Notes: generated by a model from the letters alone, not told the origin. A stretch of DNA of 64,000 bases from an uncultured Candidatus Poseidoniales archaeon (GCA_902511005.1 CABXDN010000002.1:4403-68402), one strand, 5' to 3'. Shown: positions 53,468-63,489, counted from the first letter of the stretch. Numbers and translations: made by a program.

Positions 53468-53902
53468 CTATCTAGATATTCTAGATAGCGTATCTGCCTG
53501 ATTCGACGCTGTTCTGAGGAATAAAATTGCTAAAATTGCCGAAGTTATGAAAGCCGTACCGATATAATGATGAGTATTAGTCATTAGAATCGCTATACCA
53601 ATTAGTGACGAATATGAGATTACTTGACAAATAATTAATAATCTTTCCAACATAGCATATTCTAGTTCATGCATACCATCGAATTCTTGAATATATGAAT
53701 TTATTAAGAAAAATATAGCTTGGAAGGGGAGCGCTGCAGCTAATATTGTAAGTCCTGTGATTACGACCATGTCGGGATTCGATGGATCTAGCTCTAATCC
53801 CTGGAATAAAATATTACCAGTATTCAGACCTATTATTGACGCGTGAATTGTCCATGCTTTGTCATAAGAGGATGAGTCATCATTGTTCGCCCTCGCTGCC
53901 AT
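53468..53902 (-). CDS. hypothetical small membrane protein (about 4 TM)
   Basis: Hydrophobic helices (MVVITGLTILAAALPFQAIFFLI, LLIICQVISYSSLIGIAILM, IGTAFITSAILAILFL). Lies 7 nt upstream of the previous gene on the same strand. Confidence 0.4.
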   Translation of the reverse strand: MAARANNDDSSSYDKAWTIHASIIGLNTGNILFQGLELDPSNPDMVVITGLTILAAALPFQAIFFLINSYIQEFDGMHELEYAMLERLLIICQVISYSSLIGIAILMTNTHHYIGTAFITSAILAILFLRTASNQADTLSRISR

Positions 53903-54002
53903 AAAGAGTATTGCACTTTCTTCAATAGTTGAATATTACCCTAGATAAAACATATAATATTAGCATTAGTTGACATAAATGAATAATTCAAGTAGGAATT
54001 AT

Positions 54003-54554
54003 CTATTTGTATAATGAAGCATGTTTCGCTCTTGTTTTAGAAATTTTAGGGCCGACAACCATTGAACAATATGGATTATTAGGATTGTTTGCAAAATAAT
54101 TATGATGAATATTTTCGGCAACAAAGAAGTTTATCAAAGGACTGACTTCAGTGACAATATCGTCTACAAAGTTTTGCTGGAGATACCCAATTACCTCTTC
54201 GATATCTGTTAGTTCTTCATCGTTTTTATAGAAAATAACACTTCTATACTGAGGTCCTATATCATTTCCTTGACGATTTAATTGAGTCGGATCATGGCAA
54301 GTAAAGAATACTTCAAGTAATATTCTTCTAGGAATGATTTCTTCATTGAAAGTCACCTCAACAACTTCTGCATGCCCACTTTTCTTACTGCAAACCTCTT
54401 CATAGGTTGGATTTTCAGTATGACCACCACTATATCCAGGAATAACTTTAGTTACTCCTTTTAATCCTAATAATGCGCCTTCAACACACCAGAAACAGCC
54501 ACCACCTAGGACTATAGTATCCAATATATCATCTCCTATAATTTGGAGCTTCAC
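54003..54554 (-). CDS. msrA: peptide-methionine (S)-S-oxide reductase
   Basis: [10 protein letters not shown] active site, GYSGG and [19 protein letters not shown]. Overlaps the guaB 3' end by 26 nt. Confidence 0.9.
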   Translation of the reverse strand: MKLQIIGDDILDTIVLGGGCFWCVEGALLGLKGVTKVIPGYSGGHTENPTYEEVCSKKSGHAEVVEVTFNEEIIPRRILLEVFFTCHDPTQLNRQGNDIGPQYRSVIFYKNDEELTDIEEVIGYLQQNFVDDIVTEVSPLINFFVAENIHHNYFANNPNNPYCSMVVGPKISKTRAKHASLYK

Positions 54555-55992
54555 GAGTAATTTCTACATCATGAACATGTGATTCAGATAATCCAGCATT
54601 AGTTATACGGACAAAGTCACAATTAACTTTCATAGAAGATATATCAGGATTTCCTGTATACCCCATACTTGAACGCAGACCGCCAGTTAGTTGATGAATT
54701 ACATTTTCTACTGGACCTCTAGCAGGTACTCTTCCTTCGATTCCTTCTGGTACGTACTTACTTGTGTCACCCTGTTCTGATTGGAAGTAACGATCATGAG
54801 CGCCTTTACTCATCGCACCTACAGAACCCATTCCTCGATATACTTTGTACGATCTACCTTGGTAAAGAATAACTTCGCCAGGAGCTTCGTCAGTTCCTGC
54901 AAGGACACTACCTACCATCACACAATCCGCACCAGCAGCAATTGCCTTAGCAATATCTCCGCTGAATTTAATTCCACCATCAGCAATTACAGGTATGTTT
55001 GATTTCTTACAAATAGAAACCACACTTTGCACAGCAGTTAGTTGAGGTACACCAACTCCAGAGACTATCCTTGTAGTACAGATAGAACCGGGACCGATTC
55101 CTACTTTTATTGCATTTGCACCTGCAGAGATTAATGCCTCTGCAGCAGCTCCTGTAGCCACATTTCCTGCAATTATCTGTGCTTCTGAGCCTGCCAGTTC
55201 ACGTATCTTTGCAACTGTGTGTAAAACCCCATGGGAATGTCCATGGGCTGTATCGACAACAACTGCATCTACTCCAGCCTCAAACAAGGCAAGAGCCCTA
55301 GCAATTCCTTTTTCACCAGTTCCTGTCGCTGCAGCAACTCGTAAACGGCCATGATGATCTTTACATGAATCGGGGTTATCTCGACTACGTTGAATATCTC
55401 TTACAGTCATCATTCCCGTACATTTCCCATCAGAATCTACAACTAATAATTTCTCAATACGATGTTGATGAAGTAATTTCTTAGCATATTCAGGATCAAC
55501 ATGCTCTGGAACAGTTACTAACTCTGTAGTCATCATAGAAGAAACTAATTGCTGATCATCATCTACAAATCGAATATCTCGATTTGTAATAATACCGACT
55601 AATACCTCATTATTATCAATAACAGGCAAACCAGAGAAACCGTGTTTATCTTTCAATCGACGCATTTCTCCAATCGTTGTATCAGGTGTTATAGTAATAG
55701 GATCGAGAACTAAACCTGACTCAAATCTCTTGACTGAATTAACCTTAGAAGCTTGCTCTTCAATACTCATATTACGATGAATGACACCGATTCCTCCCGC
55801 TTGAGCCAAGGCAATTGCCATACGGGATTCGGTTACTGTATCCATTGCAGCAGACATTATAGGAATGTTGAGAGAAATAGTAGACGTGAGTCTAGTTTTC
55901 AATTTCACTTGAGCCGGAAGTACCGCTGATTCAGCAGGTAACAAAAGTACGTCATCAAAGGTAAGAGCCTCTGGTATGCTGTCCTGTGCCAT
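54529..55992 (-). CDS. guaB: IMP dehydrogenase with CBS pair
   Basis: [16 protein letters not shown], two CBS modules, the catalytic-loop block [12 protein letters not shown], and [24 protein letters not shown]. Confidence 0.95.
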   Translation of the reverse strand: MAQDSIPEALTFDDVLLLPAESAVLPAQVKLKTRLTSTISLNIPIMSAAMDTVTESRMAIALAQAGGIGVIHRNMSIEEQASKVNSVKRFESGLVLDPITITPDTTIGEMRRLKDKHGFSGLPVIDNNEVLVGIITNRDIRFVDDDQQLVSSMMTTELVTVPEHVDPEYAKKLLHQHRIEKLLVVDSDGKCTGMMTVRDIQRSRDNPDSCKDHHGRLRVAAATGTGEKGIARALALFEAGVDAVVVDTAHGHSHGVLHTVAKIRELAGSEAQIIAGNVATGAAAEALISAGANAIKVGIGPGSICTTRIVSGVGVPQLTAVQSVVSICKKSNIPVIADGGIKFSGDIAKAIAAGADCVMVGSVLAGTDEAPGEVILYQGRSYKVYRGMGSVGAMSKGAHDRYFQSEQGDTSKYVPEGIEGRVPARGPVENVIHQLTGGLRSSMGYTGNPDISSMKVNCDFVRITNAGLSESHVHDVEITREAPNYRR

Positions 55993-56108
55993 TAAAGATG
56001 GCCTAGACCATTCCTATTTCAATGGTTCCATTATAGTATAACAAAAATCAATTCAAGGAAAATATTCTTTAATTTTTATTAAACCAATTATCTATTTTCA
56101 CAACGATT

Positions 56109-56714
56109 CTAATTTTGCTTACCTTCAATTGTAATAAGTATCATTGCAGCACCTAATACCACTCTACGGTCTAACTGATTTCCATCTGGAATCTGTACTG
56201 TAAGTTTCTGAATTATTGGGTTTATTTTTTGTGTTAAAGTAATTGATGGTTGACCTTGTACATTCATAGAAAATACCTGAGGAAAGGCAAGATTTGCAAA
56301 CGGAACAAAACGGCGTATCAAAGCATTCATCATACTGTCTTCTTTAATCTCACCATATTTTTGATTATTAGAATCATAAAGAGAATAAGAGTCCTGAAGT
56401 AGTGATTTACCTCCCTGACGCTGTACCCCTCCTATATTCTCGCCAGTATTTGGATCTGTGAAGTCATAAGATTGCGACCATATATCAAGAACTCCACGTG
56501 CCTTAATTTTCAAAATTTCGTGAGACTCAGAGTCATCAGAAAATACTCTAATATCCTCTTTCAACTTCAATGCTTTTTGTTTCGCATATCCAATTAAGTC
56601 CTCTTGATTATCATCTGGATAGATGTGAAATTCTTCACCTAAAATCTTCATGAGTTTTTTCCTAATGAGATATGTATTGGCATTTAAGAGGTCAGTCATC
56701 ATGCTACCGTACAA
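56109..56714 (-). CDS. hypothetical protein, possibly LURP-one-related/scramblase-like (tubby C-terminal-like fold)
   Basis: By-eye pattern only: YLIRKKLMKILGEEFHIYPDD...IGYAKQKALKLKEDIRVFSD...LKIKARGVLDIWSQSYDFTD, ending in the hydrophobic VVLGAAMILITIEG. Confidence 0.3.
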   Translation of the reverse strand: MYGSMMTDLLNANTYLIRKKLMKILGEEFHIYPDDNQEDLIGYAKQKALKLKEDIRVFSDDSESHEILKIKARGVLDIWSQSYDFTDPNTGENIGGVQRQGGKSLLQDSYSLYDSNNQKYGEIKEDSMMNALIRRFVPFANLAFPQVFSMNVQGQPSITLTQKINPIIQKLTVQIPDGNQLDRRVVLGAAMILITIEGKQN

Positions 56715-56766
56715 GTGTTGAGTGATAATTTGTTCGCCTGCCTAGAATTCTAATTCATCCATAGAA

Positions 56767-57858
56767 TTGAAATCTAAACCTTCTCTCCAAGGTCTGCCTG
56801 ACACTGCCCCAATGTGGGATGTGATGTCGGAGTTGATACCCATGCAGAACCCTGTAACTAAGATTGAGCCAGAGATTGCAGCTCGTTTAGCAAAGCAAAG
56901 TTACCACCTTGTAGGAGACCACGGAGGAGTCAAAGTTTGCCATTGGACAAAACAAAGTCTTGTTGCCGATAGATCCTGTTACAAGGGTACTTTCTATGGA
57001 ATTGAAAGTCATGGTTGCATGCAAATGGCACCTAATGTAGATACCTGTAACCTAGCATGTACATATTGTTGGAGAGAGCCTCATTCAGATAGTCTGACTA
57101 AAATCGATGACGACCCGTACGAGTTATTTCTTCAATCAGTAAAAGCTCACAGAAGACTATTAACTGGATTTGGAGGCCACCCTTCAGTACCAAGGGAAAA
57201 ATGGTTAGACGCTCAAGATCCAAAGCATGTTGCTATTTCTCTTAACGGTGAACCAACTCTGTATTCAAGACTTGGTGAATTCTTAGATATATGCCATCAG
57301 CATGGTGTTTCTACTTTCCTTGTGACAAATGGTTCTTTACCAAAAGTAATCGAAAATCTAGATACTCTGCCTACTCAACTCTATGTTAGTGTAGATGCAC
57401 CTAACAAAGAAATTTTTGACAGGATTTGTAAGCCTAAATTCGATCAGTCAGCTTTTGAAAAATTAGAACAAACTCTAGAACTACTTCCGAGTCTAGATAC
57501 AAGAACAGTTTGTAGGCACACTCTGATTAAAGGAGAATCTTTAGGTCATTGGAAAGATTATGCAAGATTAGACAATATTGCTGACCCCGATTTTATCGAA
57601 GCTAAAGGATATATTTACGTAGGGAATTCACAATCAAATCATACAATCGAGAATATGCCATCTCACGATGAAGTTATGGAGTTCTCAAGAAATCTCGCAC
57701 CATTAGTTGGAAGAGAGGTATTATCTAATAGAAGAGAGAGTCGAGTTGCATTAATTGGTAAAGAAATGATTCCAGTTACTTTGCCTACAAAAATCCGTGA
57801 TCTTCCAAAAGATTTGGGTATAGCTAAACCTCAGAAATTCACACTACCTCAACTTTAA
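56767..57858 (+). CDS. taw1: 4-demethylwyosine synthase (radical SAM, Taw1/TYW1)
   Basis: HGCMQMAPNVDTCNLACTYCWR (CxxxCxxC radical-SAM cluster preceded by the TYW1-type Cys) and ISLNGEPTLY. TTG at 56767, with an alternative ATG at 56812. Confidence 0.85.
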   Translation: MKSKPSLQGLPDTAPMWDVMSELIPMQNPVTKIEPEIAARLAKQSYHLVGDHGGVKVCHWTKQSLVADRSCYKGTFYGIESHGCMQMAPNVDTCNLACTYCWREPHSDSLTKIDDDPYELFLQSVKAHRRLLTGFGGHPSVPREKWLDAQDPKHVAISLNGEPTLYSRLGEFLDICHQHGVSTFLVTNGSLPKVIENLDTLPTQLYVSVDAPNKEIFDRICKPKFDQSAFEKLEQTLELLPSLDTRTVCRHTLIKGESLGHWKDYARLDNIADPDFIEAKGYIYVGNSQSNHTIENMPSHDEVMEFSRNLAPLVGREVLSNRRESRVALIGKEMIPVTLPTKIRDLPKDLGIAKPQKFTLPQL

Positions 57859-57871
57859 GGGAAAATTTGTT

Positions 57872-59008
57872 CTAGACTTGAATCATTGGTCGACTGGAAC
57901 CACATTCTGGACATAATTGAATATCACTATCCGCATAATCATATTTACATGCAGGACAATTAGGAGATAATACCATTGAATTGTTTCCTATAGATACTGA
58001 CTCCTTATCTTCATCAACTCTCTCTAAATGGAGGAAATCTCTATCCATTTCGGACATCTCGAATCGCCCGGGGCCTCCCAAACCGAGTAATACATCAGGT
58101 GGAAGAGTTATAGTTCCTGTATCATCAATAATTAATTCTCTTGAGTCAGATAAATCACCGATATCAACATCAGTCCCATGCTGTGCAATAAAACGACCTT
58201 CTCGAAGTTCTAGAGAGCGCTCACAAAATGAGGCTACTTCTCGGTTGTGAGTAACTAAAAGAAAGGCCACATCACTTTCTACGTGAAGCTGTTTGAATAA
58301 TTGTAAAACTTCTCTGCTTGTTATTGGATCTAGTGCCCCTGTTGGTTCATCAGCTAAAATTAACTTTGGACCCGTAATTAAGGCTCTAGCGATTGCAACT
58401 CTTTGTTGCTCACCCCCAGAAAGTTCTTCTGGCATTCCGTACGATCTTTCACCCATACCGAGTTTATCAAGCAGTGCCTGTGCCTTTGGTCGTGCCCTTC
58501 TAGCGAGTATACCCTGATGAATAAGAGGCTGAGCAACATTATCCAGTGCGTTAAGATGAGGGAGTAAATTAGCATCTTGGAAAATGAAAGAAACTGTCTC
58601 CTGTCTTAAATTAACTAACTGCTTACCAGTCAACCTAGTCATTCTAGTTCCGGCTAACTCTACCGATCCTGCTGATGGCTTCATTAGCCCTCCTAAGCAC
58701 TTGAGTAGTGTTGACTTACCTGAACCTGATGGACCCACTACTGCTACTGCTTCTCCTTTATCGATAGAAACATTGAGACCTCTAAGTGCGACTACATTTC
58801 CATCTTCCGCATTTGATTCATATACGTGATAAATAGAATTAGCACGAAGTATTTCACTAGTTTTAGATTTTTCAAAGGAATCTTCGAATTTTAAGTCTTC
58901 GGCAAAGTCTACAAGCTGTGATTTCTTTTGCCCTTTGTATAATGTAGATGATAATACACTTGATAATAATCCATCTAATAATGCGCTCAGTAATCCCATT
59001 TCACTCAC
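57872..59008 (-). CDS. ABC transporter ATP-binding protein (MacB/LolD-type) with N-terminal extension and C-terminal zinc-ribbon extension
   Basis: GPSGSGKST (Walker A), LSGGEQQRVAIARA (signature), ILADEPTGALD (Walker B), VTHN (H-loop). A C-terminal extension of about 110 aa ends with CPACKYDY...CPECGS. Confidence 0.9.
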   Translation of the reverse strand: MSEMGLLSALLDGLLSSVLSSTLYKGQKKSQLVDFAEDLKFEDSFEKSKTSEILRANSIYHVYESNAEDGNVVALRGLNVSIDKGEAVAVVGPSGSGKSTLLKCLGGLMKPSAGSVELAGTRMTRLTGKQLVNLRQETVSFIFQDANLLPHLNALDNVAQPLIHQGILARRARPKAQALLDKLGMGERSYGMPEELSGGEQQRVAIARALITGPKLILADEPTGALDPITSREVLQLFKQLHVESDVAFLLVTHNREVASFCERSLELREGRFIAQHGTDVDIGDLSDSRELIIDDTGTITLPPDVLLGLGGPGRFEMSEMDRDFLHLERVDEDKESVSIGNNSMVLSPNCPACKYDYADSDIQLCPECGSSRPMIQV

Positions 59009-62000
59009 CTTTTAGTACTGTAGCTAGATCAGAATCAAGAGCTCTTCTAGTCGTAAATAGTAACGATATAATTACGGCTACAAGAACTAAACCATTAACT
59101 GCAACAATTTCAAACCAAGGCCAAACTAGATCTCTATCAATAGGGTTACTCTGACCAAGGAATAATTGGAAAATAAACCCAAACACACTAAAGAAACCAT
59201 TGAATGATTCTGAAACCGCTAGACCAAGAGTAACACCCAAAACCATACTAACAAGAAGAATAGACATTATTTCGAAAAGTACTAACCGAATAACCTGATT
59301 AGGGCTTGCGCCAATTGCTTGTAATATTGCTAGTTCTCTTTTTCTCTGGCTCAAAACTAGAGAAAGGAATACGAATGCTGATGATATCGATGCTAAAGCT
59401 GCTACCACGAACATCATACTAAGTAATCCAGGTGTACCGAATATCAAACCACCATTACGCTCGTTTTCTTCGTGAGCTGTAGACCAATCTGATGCTGATA
59501 TAACACCTGTATTACTCTTTACATCTGCGCTCAAAAGTTCCAAAGCTTCCGAACAGCTACTATCTGATTCATCACACAATTCGAACATCCATATTGAAGA
59601 TGTATGAGAATCAACAATTTGGTCGCCAACAAGTTCTCTATACGAATTCTCCCCAATCACTATTGCTGAGGAGGACTCTATCGAAGTAATACCGGGAACC
59701 CACTGATGACGGCCAGCATAGTTTACAGTAGATTCACTGGTTCCTGTTTCTACGGGAAGTCCGAATTCATTCAATTCGTACGTAGTATATACTAATGTAA
59801 GTGATTTGCCAATTGAAGGATTATCTAAAGAATCACGAGCATCGGAGCCAGCCGTATAGCCACCAAGACGCCATTTTTCTGAGATTTCATCAATATCATC
59901 TCCAGGGATTGCCTGAGGGTCCCAAATTAATGTGTCCTCATGACCATCAAATACAACCCAAGTAAGTAACACATTTCCTTCATCTTTAGTCTGAGTCAGA
60001 GTCCTAGCTACAGAAGTCATTGAAGATATATCACTGATATCATTATCTCCGATAGAATTTATTGAGAGCATGATTTGATTACGAGCTTCTTCTTCTGTTA
60101 GTGAACTATCGAATTGAACCATCATGTCAGCACCATTCTGAGCATTAGTTGTCCTTTCATCGACCATTGTACCGGTGTGCCCCTGGACAGCAGCTAGAGT
60201 CACTATAGATAGAGTCAACAAAAGAATCAATGATAAGCGGCTTACAGAAGAACTTGAACTTGAACCACTCAGACCTCTTCTTATATCAGAAATTGCAGGA
60301 GACCAGCCGAATAAGCGATTCAATATTTGAGGTCCTGATGCTCCAATTTGAGAAAGAACTAGTGCACCCCCAATCCAAAGGAAGAATGGACCTAACAAGA
60401 GAATAACTGCGTTAAGAATAAAATTACTTATTAGCCCTCCACTCCCAATTGGTCCGTATCCACCATTAGATTGAATCCAGCTCTCAATAAATGCAATGAG
60501 ACCTATAACAAAGGTTAACCAGTGCAATATGTAGAAAGGCTCTCTTTCGTTGCTAACTTTTCTTACACCTTCATCAATTTCCATGTTGAGGAATCTTTTG
60601 GTCGTTACAGATCCTCTCCAATAAGCAATCGCTAAAGTTAGTATACCGACTAATACTGTTGAAGCAACGCTGAGAATTGGATCAACGCTAAAGTTTCCTT
60701 CCTCAGTAAATCTGAGGAAGCCAACGGCACGGAGTACTATTTCAACAGCGCCTGTCGCTAATAGGTAGCCTAATCCCCAAGCCACAGAACCTATCGCAAG
60801 AACTTCAATCATCATCATCCTAGACAAAGTATCCTGAGTTCCTCCAATTACTCTATGAATAGCAACTTCTCTTCTTCTCTGCTCTAAAGAAAGTTGTAAT
60901 CCATAAAGCAATACAACAAATGAAAGTGCCACTATGGGTATTACCAGGATATAATCGAAGACTTGGATTATACCCAAGAAAATATTAAGGAAAGTTATTG
61001 AACCTGAGATTAGATCCACATATTCTACAGATATCAGAATTATCTCAGAGCCATTACTAACTTCAAAGTAACGAGGGACTGAAGATTTTTCAGTACCTGT
61101 TTCATTACCATTTGAATCATATACTGGAACATCACCTTGTGTTGATTCCAAATTATCTTGCAAATCACTGAGCCAATCTGTTGCGTCACGGGTTGAAGAT
61201 GTTGGTAGTTGAGTTCTATCTACTGATACCCCCAAATATCCATGGTCATTCTGCATGAGTATTCTTTTCTGCTCATCAGTAAGTACAGAATCTGTAACCA
61301 TTACTGGATTGAAAAGTAATGTAGGATTTCCAAAACTCTCTTCATAAATTGCTGCAAGTGTAAGATTAGTTACCGTAAAAGTGTCTTTACAAAATAATCT
61401 TTCAACCTCATAATTAGGGTCAAGAATAGTTTCACATTCTTCAAATGCATCTACTGCATCACGAATCTCATAGGTTTCTGTAACGTAAGAAAATGTAAGA
61501 CTATCTATCTTCTCATTTATATCGATGCCTGCAGCACTAGCTATCTTTGATGGTAGCACAACTGACCTATTGGTTTCGGCATCCAAAGCAGTAGAAGGCC
61601 AATCTCCAAATATTACAGAATTTGCATGCCTCTCACCGAGTTCACCGTCCCAAATACCGTCACCATAGAATCTTATTGTACGCTGATCGTTAATTGGTGG
61701 CCCATTTTCTGACGCTTCAGTATAATCCCAACTTACATTTGACCAATCAGATGTTGTACTATTAATCAACTCCACATTCAAAGGTTGAGGATTGGCGAAA
61801 TCAGAATCAAAAAATCCAGAAATACGTATTCCCTGACGCCCAAAAACAAGACCACAGTCAGAGAATTCATCTCTATCAGTAATGTCATCACAAAATGATT
61901 CCCATACGGAAGAGTCATTGGTTCGACCTTCCCAATTTCCTGTTGGATCTTCTTGGAAATCTATCTTTGCGTCAAATACATCGTTCCCAAGTGAAGCTTG

Positions 62001-62366
62001 GAAAAATGTTTGATTGAGTCCTACTGCATACCCCAAAACAGTAGTCATCACAAGAGATGCAAGGAATACACCAGCAAAAATTGCTAATCCTCTTTCCCTT
62101 CCTCTCCATGCACTCTGAATTGCTAAACGTAAATTGTTAGGAGCAGCTAAAATATTTTGTCCGAATGATTCTTGCCACCCGTATATCCGTTCTCTCCATG
62201 AACGTTTTTCGAAATTAAGATTGGGGTCAGAAAGGATCGTCAGCGATAGTTTAAAAAGACGGAATCGCTTAATGCCCACTTTAATAAAAGCAATGGAAAT
62301 CATTACTAATATCCATGATATTATCATAGTAGGAATAACTTCTGAAAACAATGTATTCAAATCCAT
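59001..62366 (-). CDS. 1121-aa fused double FtsX/MacB-type ABC permease with two large extracytoplasmic domains
   Basis: Two FtsX-like modules: LEQRRREVAIHRVIGGTQDTLSRMMMIEVL and SQRKRELAILQAIGASPNQVIRLVLFEIM. Each is preceded by a TM and a hydrophilic domain of about 250-340 aa. 8-nt overlap with the downstream ATPase and 1-nt overlap with the upstream ATPase. Confidence 0.8.
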   Translation of the reverse strand: MDLNTLFSEVIPTMIISWILVMISIAFIKVGIKRFRLFKLSLTILSDPNLNFEKRSWRERIYGWQESFGQNILAAPNNLRLAIQSAWRGRERGLAIFAGVFLASLVMTTVLGYAVGLNQTFFQASLGNDVFDAKIDFQEDPTGNWEGRTNDSSVWESFCDDITDRDEFSDCGLVFGRQGIRISGFFDSDFANPQPLNVELINSTTSDWSNVSWDYTEASENGPPINDQRTIRFYGDGIWDGELGERHANSVIFGDWPSTALDAETNRSVVLPSKIASAAGIDINEKIDSLTFSYVTETYEIRDAVDAFEECETILDPNYEVERLFCKDTFTVTNLTLAAIYEESFGNPTLLFNPVMVTDSVLTDEQKRILMQNDHGYLGVSVDRTQLPTSSTRDATDWLSDLQDNLESTQGDVPVYDSNGNETGTEKSSVPRYFEVSNGSEIILISVEYVDLISGSITFLNIFLGIIQVFDYILVIPIVALSFVVLLYGLQLSLEQRRREVAIHRVIGGTQDTLSRMMMIEVLAIGSVAWGLGYLLATGAVEIVLRAVGFLRFTEEGNFSVDPILSVASTVLVGILTLAIAYWRGSVTTKRFLNMEIDEGVRKVSNEREPFYILHWLTFVIGLIAFIESWIQSNGGYGPIGSGGLISNFILNAVILLLGPFFLWIGGALVLSQIGASGPQILNRLFGWSPAISDIRRGLSGSSSSSSVSRLSLILLLTLSIVTLAAVQGHTGTMVDERTTNAQNGADMMVQFDSSLTEEEARNQIMLSINSIGDNDISDISSMTSVARTLTQTKDEGNVLLTWVVFDGHEDTLIWDPQAIPGDDIDEISEKWRLGGYTAGSDARDSLDNPSIGKSLTLVYTTYELNEFGLPVETGTSESTVNYAGRHQWVPGITSIESSSAIVIGENSYRELVGDQIVDSHTSSIWMFELCDESDSSCSEALELLSADVKSNTGVISASDWSTAHEENERNGGLIFGTPGLLSMMFVVAALASISSAFVFLSLVLSQRKRELAILQAIGASPNQVIRLVLFEIMSILLVSMVLGVTLGLAVSESFNGFFSVFGFIFQLFLGQSNPIDRDLVWPWFEIVAVNGLVLVAVIISLLFTTRRALDSDLATVLKGE

Positions 62367-63070
62367 TAGTTCACCTCCTCAATTCCCCATGCTGAACGGA
62401 TATCTGATGCTGCGGTAAGTCCATCTTTCAGCAATAACATCCTATCAGCCATAGAAGCTTGTAGAGGATCATGAGTTACCATAAGAATTGAAATTCCATC
62501 TTCACGACAAAGATCCTGGAAAAGATGAATGATTTCTTTTGCACTTTTAACATCAAGGTTTCCAGTTGGCTCATCTGCGAGTATTAATGATCTAGATCCA
62601 GAAATCGCACGTGCAACTGCAACTCTCTGTTGTTGGCCGCCTGATAATTGATCAGGGATAAAATTCATCCTATCGCCTAACCCTACTCTTTCAAGTGCGC
62701 TACGGGCTCTAGTTTCTGCTTCAGAAGTTGGAACACCAGATAATTCTAAACTAAAAATTACATTATCAAGTGCAGTTAATCTCTCAACAAGATGAAAATC
62801 TTGGAAAATCCATCCTACTCCTTTTCTGCGAACATCTACGACTTTGTTTGGTGATTTAGTTCCATATTCGAAAGATCCCAAATTGATTTTGCCCGAGTCG
62901 CCTTCAAGTAAGCCACCGATAATATTCAATAAAGTACTCTTCCCACATCCACTGGGACCCATCAAACTAACTAATTCTCCTTTTTCGACTTTGAGATTTA
63001 TGCCCTTTAGAACTTCGAGCCTTCTACGCCCTGAACCGAAGCCTTTTTTCAGTCCATCGACATAAAGCAT
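62366..63070 (-). CDS. ABC transporter ATP-binding protein (MacB/LolD-type)
   Basis: GPSGCGKST, LSGGQQQRVAVARA, ILADEPTGNLD, VTHD. The ORF opens at 63124. I chose Met19 (MLYVDGLKKGF) at 63070, which also removes the overlap with the upstream gene. Confidence 0.9.
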   Translation of the reverse strand: MLYVDGLKKGFGSGRRRLEVLKGINLKVEKGELVSLMGPSGCGKSTLLNIIGGLLEGDSGKINLGSFEYGTKSPNKVVDVRRKGVGWIFQDFHLVERLTALDNVIFSLELSGVPTSEAETRARSALERVGLGDRMNFIPDQLSGGQQQRVAVARAISGSRSLILADEPTGNLDVKSAKEIIHLFQDLCREDGISILMVTHDPLQASMADRMLLLKDGLTAASDIRSAWGIEEVN

Positions 63071-63107
63071 AACTAACAAGCGATTTGATTTCTTTTTTAA
63101 TGTCTGT

Positions 63108-63476
63108 CTATTTATGAACAACATTTTCTTGTAAAAATTCCAAAGATACTATCTGTAATGTTTCTTCATGTGTGGCTTCCAATACTACAGGGCAGGCAAC
63201 ACCTAAATGGTATGCATCTTGCCATGTTTGGGCACAAACACACCATCTATCTCCAGGTGTTAGACCAGGGAAATTATATTGAGGAGCAGGGGTAATCAAG
63301 TCATTCCCTCTCGATAAAGCAAAGTCTAGAAAATCTCTGGTAACCACACAACAAACAGTATGAAGACTACGATCATTTCTATCAGTATTACAACAACCAT
63401 CTCTGAACCAACCAGTCAGAGGATCAATTGAACAAGTTTCTAATTCGGTACCTAGAACATTAAATGAGGGGAGCAT
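63108..63476 (-). CDS. DUF2237 family protein
   Basis: NVLGTELETCSIDPLTGWFRDGCCNT...HTVCCVVTRDFLDFALSRGNDLITP...FPGLTPGDRWCVCAQTWQDA matches the DUF2237 consensus closely. The start was moved from 63518 to the Met at 63476. Confidence 0.8.
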   Translation of the reverse strand: MLPSFNVLGTELETCSIDPLTGWFRDGCCNTDRNDRSLHTVCCVVTRDFLDFALSRGNDLITPAPQYNFPGLTPGDRWCVCAQTWQDAYHLGVACPVVLEATHEETLQIVSLEFLQENVVHK

Positions 63477-63489
63477 AATAATCGTTTTC

